Positions 45,437 to 50,593 of a stretch of DNA of 50,593 bases are shown one piece after another. Under the pieces are notes generated by a model, which saw only the letters and a program-made list of their open reading frames with translations, was not told where the DNA came from and made no database searches. The translations under genes were made by a program, and so were the position numbers. Every line of letters starts with the position of its first letter. The stretch's first letter is position 1. The stretch is from IMG/VR virus record IMGVR_UViG_3300035158_000899; one strand, 5' to 3'. The DNA comes from a virus (Duplodnaviria > Heunggongvirae > Uroviricota > Caudoviricetes).

Positions 45437-46600
45437 ATGCAAAAACAACATCAGCCTATTGAGAAGACAAAAAGTCCCAATATGGTTTATTGCAGGAGAC
45501 AATTGTCTCTTCGAGAGATTGGGTATGTTACGGGAAAGAAGATGCTCACTGATAAGTTTTTTGAGAAGCAGAAATTGAATCAAGCCGCTATATTGCATCT
45601 TTTGTCAAATTTGCATTTAGTAGAATGGAGTCCTGAGTATGAACCTAAGCCTACAGTACAACATAGGGACGGCGGTTATTTCAGAGGAAAAAGACGAGGT
45701 CCCTATACAGTAGAAGTGCCAAAGAAATATGAAAAGGATTTGAGAGGATTGTTTCTGCGAAAATACAGAGCGCAAATTACGGAAGAAATGATAACCGCAG
45801 CTATATGTAGTTATATAGAAAAACGTATTAAGTATTACCAAGAGTTTTTTGAGGCTTTACATTTAACCAAAGAACAGGTAGCTACGATAGTTGAAGACTT
45901 GGTTAACAGAAAAGAACAGAATGATATAGAAGCACAGGCACCACATAAAATTTTTGGTATAATAACTGCGTCGCACAAGGGCATTTTCGATGTTGATTTG
46001 ATAGGATTTTGTCTTGCGAAAGATCCATCTTTTGCTGTTATTTGCCCCGGCATTTTTAGATGTGAAAATGCTTCTATGGATCAAATTAATCTTATAATAG
46101 AAAAAGTGCCTTTGTCAAGAGAACTTTTGGGAAGTAATTTGCTTTTTAGTAAGAAGCAGATTGATACAATTTTAGTAAAGACAGAGGTAGAAAAAGATGG
46201 TTGGAAGAATTTTATTGAAAACCAATGTTTGACACCCGACCAAATAGATAAGATGCTTGAAAGAGAAGAAGTTAAAGAGATTATAGAAGCTGAATCACGG
46301 TATCATTACGGCGACGGTTTTTATGATACAGTTTTTAAAAATCAATTTATATCACCTGAACAAGCATTTAAATACAACCAGCATTTTAATTGGAAGACTT
46401 TAGAAACAAATACACTTAAGAAATATTGCATAGGATTTTTAACAAGTGGGGATGAAGAAACAGTAGAGGGTGTAAAAAGAAGATTAGAATATTTGAAAAG
46501 AAGTGCAGAAGAGGCTGAAGCAGAAAAGCCTAAGAATGAAATAGACGGAATACAATTTATCGATTTGAACATATGCGAGCCAAGCACCGCGACGGCGTAA
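45437..46600 (+). CDS. hypothetical protein
   Basis: 387 aa ORF; AAGGAG RBS. Confidence 0.7.
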   Translation: MQKQHQPIEKTKSPNMVYCRRQLSLREIGYVTGKKMLTDKFFEKQKLNQAAILHLLSNLHLVEWSPEYEPKPTVQHRDGGYFRGKRRGPYTVEVPKKYEKDLRGLFLRKYRAQITEEMITAAICSYIEKRIKYYQEFFEALHLTKEQVATIVEDLVNRKEQNDIEAQAPHKIFGIITASHKGIFDVDLIGFCLAKDPSFAVICPGIFRCENASMDQINLIIEKVPLSRELLGSNLLFSKKQIDTILVKTEVEKDGWKNFIENQCLTPDQIDKMLEREEVKEIIEAESRYHYGDGFYDTVFKNQFISPEQAFKYNQHFNWKTLETNTLKKYCIGFLTSGDEETVEGVKRRLEYLKRSAEEAEAEKPKNEIDGIQFIDLNICEPSTATA

Positions 46601-46861
46601 AGGAGAGAAAGAAATGACACAAGAAGAAGTCAATGCTGCCGGATATTATATTGGACTTAGCGATCTAGGATTACTGGGCCCTATGGATAAGGCAAAATTA
46701 AAGAAGAAGATTGAAGCCGAGAATTGGAAAGGTGTCGTATTTGATGTGCAAAGATAAAGAGAGAGAAAAGCTTTGTCAAGGGGAATGCGGAGCAGTGTTG
46801 GAATCTGGGTTTTTCAAGCACGTTAAAGATGGTGATTTAATAAAATGGGAGTTTAATATAA

Positions 46862-47131
46862 ATGGAACAAACATTAACAAGAGATAAGTCTGAAATCTTT
46901 TTAGGCAGGCCTTACAATGTAATCTTGTTCAACGATCAGGTGCATTCATTTGACGAAGTAGTATCTCAAGTTTACAAAGCAATTGGAAATAGAGGTAAAG
47001 CAGAAGAGATAACAATGGAGGCGCACAATAACGGCAGAGCAATAGTTATTACAGCGCATAAAGAGAAGTGTGAAATGGTTGCATCAATACTTGAAGAAAT
47101 AAACTTAGGTGTGAAGATTGAACTAGCATAA
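46862..47131 (+). CDS. clpS: ClpS-like ATP-dependent Clp protease adaptor
   Basis: YNVILFNDQVHSFDEVV...AEEITMEAHNNGRAIV...KEKCE. Confidence 0.75.
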   Translation: MEQTLTRDKSEIFLGRPYNVILFNDQVHSFDEVVSQVYKAIGNRGKAEEITMEAHNNGRAIVITAHKEKCEMVASILEEINLGVKIELA

Positions 47132-47747
47132 GTATAACATAATAAAACGCGAGGAAAAGAATGAAATTTGTTGTAAAAGACTGCTTAGGTATAAGTTTTC
47201 TTTTTTCAAAAATGATTTATGATGGCCTTAAAGAAGAATTTTTTGACAACAAAGAAAACTTTTTCTTTAGGAACAATCGTTAACATATTAATGTTACCAG
47301 TTACTTTACCTTTAGGCATAATGTACGGAATTAAATTTAATAAGAAGGACTAATATGGCATTACAATTCGGTTTTGGTCTTTATGCAAATGCTAATGAAA
47401 AAGAGCCTTGGAAGAGAAAGTTTGAGGCTCTTAATGACGACGATAAGCATTTTTGTTTCAAATTAATGTAAGCACAAAGAGTTCAGCAGAATTTGCAAAT
47501 AAAGTTGCTGCAATGATAAAAAATAACATTTCTAAGATGACAAAACAAGAAGCGCAAAAACCAGAAAGCTTTCCTTTGTTTGTAGATAATACAAAAGAAA
47601 CACAGTAAAGAGATGTTCCGAAAAACGTTGCATACCCAATGAATGCCAAGGCATGTTAAAAGCAAAAGGATACCCTAAAGCCCTTTGTGGATTTACAATA
47701 GATACATATAAAGACGGATCTTTTGTACCTATGTATCGACAAATAAA

Positions 47748-48554
47748 ATGAAATTTATTTACGTAACCGATCTACACGGAGATGAGCGAAAATATCAATA
47801 TGCACTTGACACGGCGAAAGGGCATAGTGTTGATTTAATTCATTTAGGTGCTGATTTATTGCCTAAAGGCTCTTCAATACTTAAAGTTCAAAAGAAATTT
47901 GTTAATGGTTTTTTAAAGAACTTCTATAATGATTGTAAGCAAAACAATATAGATGTTTTAGCATTCTTTGGAAATGACGATTTGTATAGCAGAAAGAAGT
48001 ATTTTCGAAAGTATGCAACATTGTTAGATGAACAATCATATGAAAAAGATGGCTATGTTTTTACTGCATACCCTTATGTTCCAGATTATCCTTTCGGATT
48101 AAAGACCGCTTGTAAAATAGATTATCCGGGCTGGGAAAAGGGAGAACGCGATTTATCTTCTCCAGTTGACGTGAATGAAAACGGGTTTGTATTTATAAAG
48201 GATCTTGATGAGTATCTTGCGAAGAAAGGGACAATAGAAGGCGATTTAAAGAACTTCAAGGGCGGACCTGAAGTTATTGCAGCTATACATTGCCCACCAT
48301 ATGGATTAGATTTAGATGTATGCTCTGGTGGAAGGAGAGTGGGATCTAAAGCAGTACATGATTGGATTGTAAAAGAACAACCTTTACTTGTATTGAGTGG
48401 GCATGTACATGAGTCACCCGGTGTATCTGGTATTTGGAAAACACAAGTAGGAAAAACTATAGTGATACAACCAGGGCAACTTTATGCCGGAGTTGCTTAT
48501 GTTTTAATTGATGTTGAAAAAGAAGTAAAAGTGTATTTGATAACAAAGGGGTAA
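47748..48554 (+). CDS. calcineurin-like metallophosphoesterase
   Basis: TDLHG, GADL, FGNDD, HCPP, SGHVHE motifs. Confidence 0.85.
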   Translation: MKFIYVTDLHGDERKYQYALDTAKGHSVDLIHLGADLLPKGSSILKVQKKFVNGFLKNFYNDCKQNNIDVLAFFGNDDLYSRKKYFRKYATLLDEQSYEKDGYVFTAYPYVPDYPFGLKTACKIDYPGWEKGERDLSSPVDVNENGFVFIKDLDEYLAKKGTIEGDLKNFKGGPEVIAAIHCPPYGLDLDVCSGGRRVGSKAVHDWIVKEQPLLVLSGHVHESPGVSGIWKTQVGKTIVIQPGQLYAGVAYVLIDVEKEVKVYLITKG

Positions 48555-48556
48555 GT

Positions 48557-49027
48557 GTGGAAGTAACGATTAATGTATCAGAAGAGAATTGGAAGTTTTT
48601 GCAAGATTTAATGGAAAGAATAAACATACAAGATAATCGTGTAACTGCTTCACCTTTTTATTATGTAGTTGCAACAAAAAAGGAAATTGCAGTTCCAGAA
48701 GGGTGTGGAGAATGCACTAAGTATTATTATGAAGGGGGATGTTTTTCTGAAGAAGAATTAAAAGAATTCTGTGAAGAAAACGAATTGGCTTTCGAAGAAG
48801 AAAAAAGCAGAGCAACTCCTTATGATGTATCTACAGTTACCGAGTATCATAATTTCTTTTTTACAGAAGAAGGATACAAAAAACACATGGAATTGAACAG
48901 CCATAATTATAGACATTATAAAGGTGAACCTTATTCTTATGTAATGCACGCATTTAGGAATCCAGAATTAAAACAGTTGTTAGATACATTAGGTGAAATA
49001 ACAGGTAAAGGACATAAGAAACATTGA
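48557..49027 (+). CDS. hypothetical phage protein
   Basis: QDNRVTASPFYYV...; GTG start. Confidence 0.65.
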   Translation: MEVTINVSEENWKFLQDLMERINIQDNRVTASPFYYVVATKKEIAVPEGCGECTKYYYEGGCFSEEELKEFCEENELAFEEEKSRATPYDVSTVTEYHNFFFTEEGYKKHMELNSHNYRHYKGEPYSYVMHAFRNPELKQLLDTLGEITGKGHKKH

Positions 49028-49051
49028 CTTTGCTTTTAGAAGGGGGTCCAA

Positions 49052-49438
49052 ATGAAAGTACGGGCTGATTTCGTTACAAATAGTTCTTCGTCTAGTTTTG
49101 TTTTTGTTACAAATATGTCAAAGAGTGAATTGATAAAGCATTATAAGAAAACGGATTTGTTTCGTAAAATTGATGATTGGAATAAAGATTGTTGTGGAGA
49201 AGATGTAGAATTAGATGAAGAAGCAATCCTTGAAACAGTAGTTCAATTAATAGGTTCGGCCGAGAAAGGGAAAGTGTCAATAAGAGCAGAACACATATGT
49301 TCTGAAGATTATGATGAAGATCCATATAGTATCGTTAATTGTTTTTTGTATAATGATGGTGGAAGAACACTCGAAATTGCCGGGAGTAAGTTTGTTAAAA
49401 TAGCTTCTGAAGGTGAAGGCATTCGACTCGATATATAA
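49052..49438 (+). CDS. MKxRxDFVTNSSSSSF-family protein
   Basis: N-terminal MKVRADFVTNSSSSSFV motif. Confidence 0.7.
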   Translation: MKVRADFVTNSSSSSFVFVTNMSKSELIKHYKKTDLFRKIDDWNKDCCGEDVELDEEAILETVVQLIGSAEKGKVSIRAEHICSEDYDEDPYSIVNCFLYNDGGRTLEIAGSKFVKIASEGEGIRLDI

Positions 49439-49447
49439 GGAGGAAAA

Positions 49448-50203
49448 ATGAGCCACTTTACAGTAATGGTAGTTGGCGAAGATGTTGAAAAACAGCTAGA
49501 GCCTTTTTGGGGGCTTGATTTATCTGAAGAAGAGCTTAAAAAGGATCCGCGCGCTAAGTTTGAAGTAGAGATTAAAGCAAAAGATGTAGAGAAAGAATTT
49601 GCAAAATATAAGAAAAATAGGAAAGGAGATGACCCGTCATATAAAAGTATAGAGGAGTGGATTGAAGATTGGCATGGGTATTATCCGAACGAAAAAGGTG
49701 ATTATGGTTATTATCACAATCCCAATGCTAAATGGGACTGGTTTGAAACCGGAGGCAGGTGGACAGGGTTGTTAAAATTAAAGTCAGGAGCGAAAGGAAA
49801 GACGGGTAGACCCGGATTAATGACCAGTCCAGCAGAAGAAGGATATGTAGATAGCGCGCTTAAGAAGGACATTGATTGGGAGAGTATGAGAGAGGAATCA
49901 CGTGAAGCGGCTATCGAGGAATGGAAAAGGATTAAAAAAGAAACGAAAAAAGAAGATCCTTTTTACGCCCGTGTTTATGGTATCCGCAAAAACGATACAG
50001 AAAAAACTTATGCAAAACGGCATAGTGATTTTTCCGTTTTTGCTATTTTGAAAGACGGAAAGTGGTATGAAAAAGGTGTGATGGGTAAGGTAGGCTGTGT
50101 TTCAAATGAAAAAAGTCCTAACAAATGGAAAACTGAATTTAATGAAATATTTGACAGTATAAAAGACAATGAAAGAATTACCATAGTAGATTGTCACATA
50201 TAA
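49448..50203 (+). CDS. conserved phage hypothetical protein
   Basis: MSHF.VMVVG...NPNAKWDWF..GGRW.G...TIVDCHI. Confidence 0.7.
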   Translation: MSHFTVMVVGEDVEKQLEPFWGLDLSEEELKKDPRAKFEVEIKAKDVEKEFAKYKKNRKGDDPSYKSIEEWIEDWHGYYPNEKGDYGYYHNPNAKWDWFETGGRWTGLLKLKSGAKGKTGRPGLMTSPAEEGYVDSALKKDIDWESMREESREAAIEEWKRIKKETKKEDPFYARVYGIRKNDTEKTYAKRHSDFSVFAILKDGKWYEKGVMGKVGCVSNEKSPNKWKTEFNEIFDSIKDNERITIVDCHI

Positions 50204-50211
50204 AGGGTAGT

Positions 50212-50593
50212 ATGGTGCAAAAAACAATTCGAAGACGTTACGACAGAGAAAATAATTTTGTTTCGTTTTTCAATACGCAGAATGGTTTTTATGTTCGTAG
50301 TCTTGTTAAAGCAGACGGAAAAAAGCTAGAGATGCTCAAGGAAGGTGATGCATTTCAAAGCTCAATGCCGGAATTGATTGACATAGGGGTTATGGGGCAT
50401 TGTGATCGAGGCTGCGAAATGTGTTATCAAAATGCACAGTCTGATGGAAAAGATATGTCACTCGAAGACTACAGAAGTATTCTTGAGCAAGTAAAGCATG
50501 ACGTATTCCAGGTAGCATTAGGCGGAGCAGGTAACCCAGATCAACATAAAGACTTTGTCGAGATTGTTCGTTGCTCAAGAGAAGACTATAACA
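50212..50593 (+). CDS. radical SAM protein (3' truncated by window edge; absent from ORF track)
   Basis: MVQKTIRR...PELIDIGVMGHCDRGCEMCYQ...FQVALGGAGNPDQH; CxxxCxxC. Confidence 0.85.
   Translation, partial: MVQKTIRRRYDRENNFVSFFNTQNGFYVRSLVKADGKKLEMLKEGDAFQSSMPELIDIGVMGHCDRGCEMCYQNAQSDGKDMSLEDYRSILEQVKHDVFQVALGGAGNPDQHKDFVEIVRCSREDYN

Noticed and set aside
112-50578. Minus-strand ORFs in the track (e.g. 7530-8252, 13749-14222, 37204-37632)
   Set aside because: Antisense shadows of well-supported plus-strand genes, with no RBS or recognisable motifs.

Overview
A 50.6-kb, AT-rich, virtually all plus-strand gene-dense segment that reads like part of a large (jumbo-type) bacteriophage genome (inference: no host housekeeping operons or structural genes; many small accessory ORFs; AGGAGG RBSs). 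Recognisable genes: minimal ATP-dependent ligase, microbial PARG-like macrodomain, PolX-PHP, NAD-dependent DNA ligase, peptide deformylase-SEC-C, MoxR-like AAA+ with vWA partner, T9SS/FlgD-Ig-tailed secreted protein, PyrE-like PRTase, ClpS-like adaptor, metallophosphoesterase and two radical SAM genes. The standout is a solitary Cas7/RAMP-like gene (24135-24746) followed directly by a ~620-nt array of ~110 NGY-NN pentamers with variable dinucleotides. This is a non-CRISPR, guide-like repeat that resembles the VIPR-type architecture as I recall it. Also notable: ~30 dispersed/tandem paralogues of a Cys-rich 'MxYKIGKxY' mini-protein, an 8-copy 43-bp promoter-like motif, a tRNA-like element with a ~160-nt insert, several structured intergenic RNA candidates, and many broken small genes while the large enzyme genes stay intact. 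All calls are by-eye motif recognition; no database searches were run.
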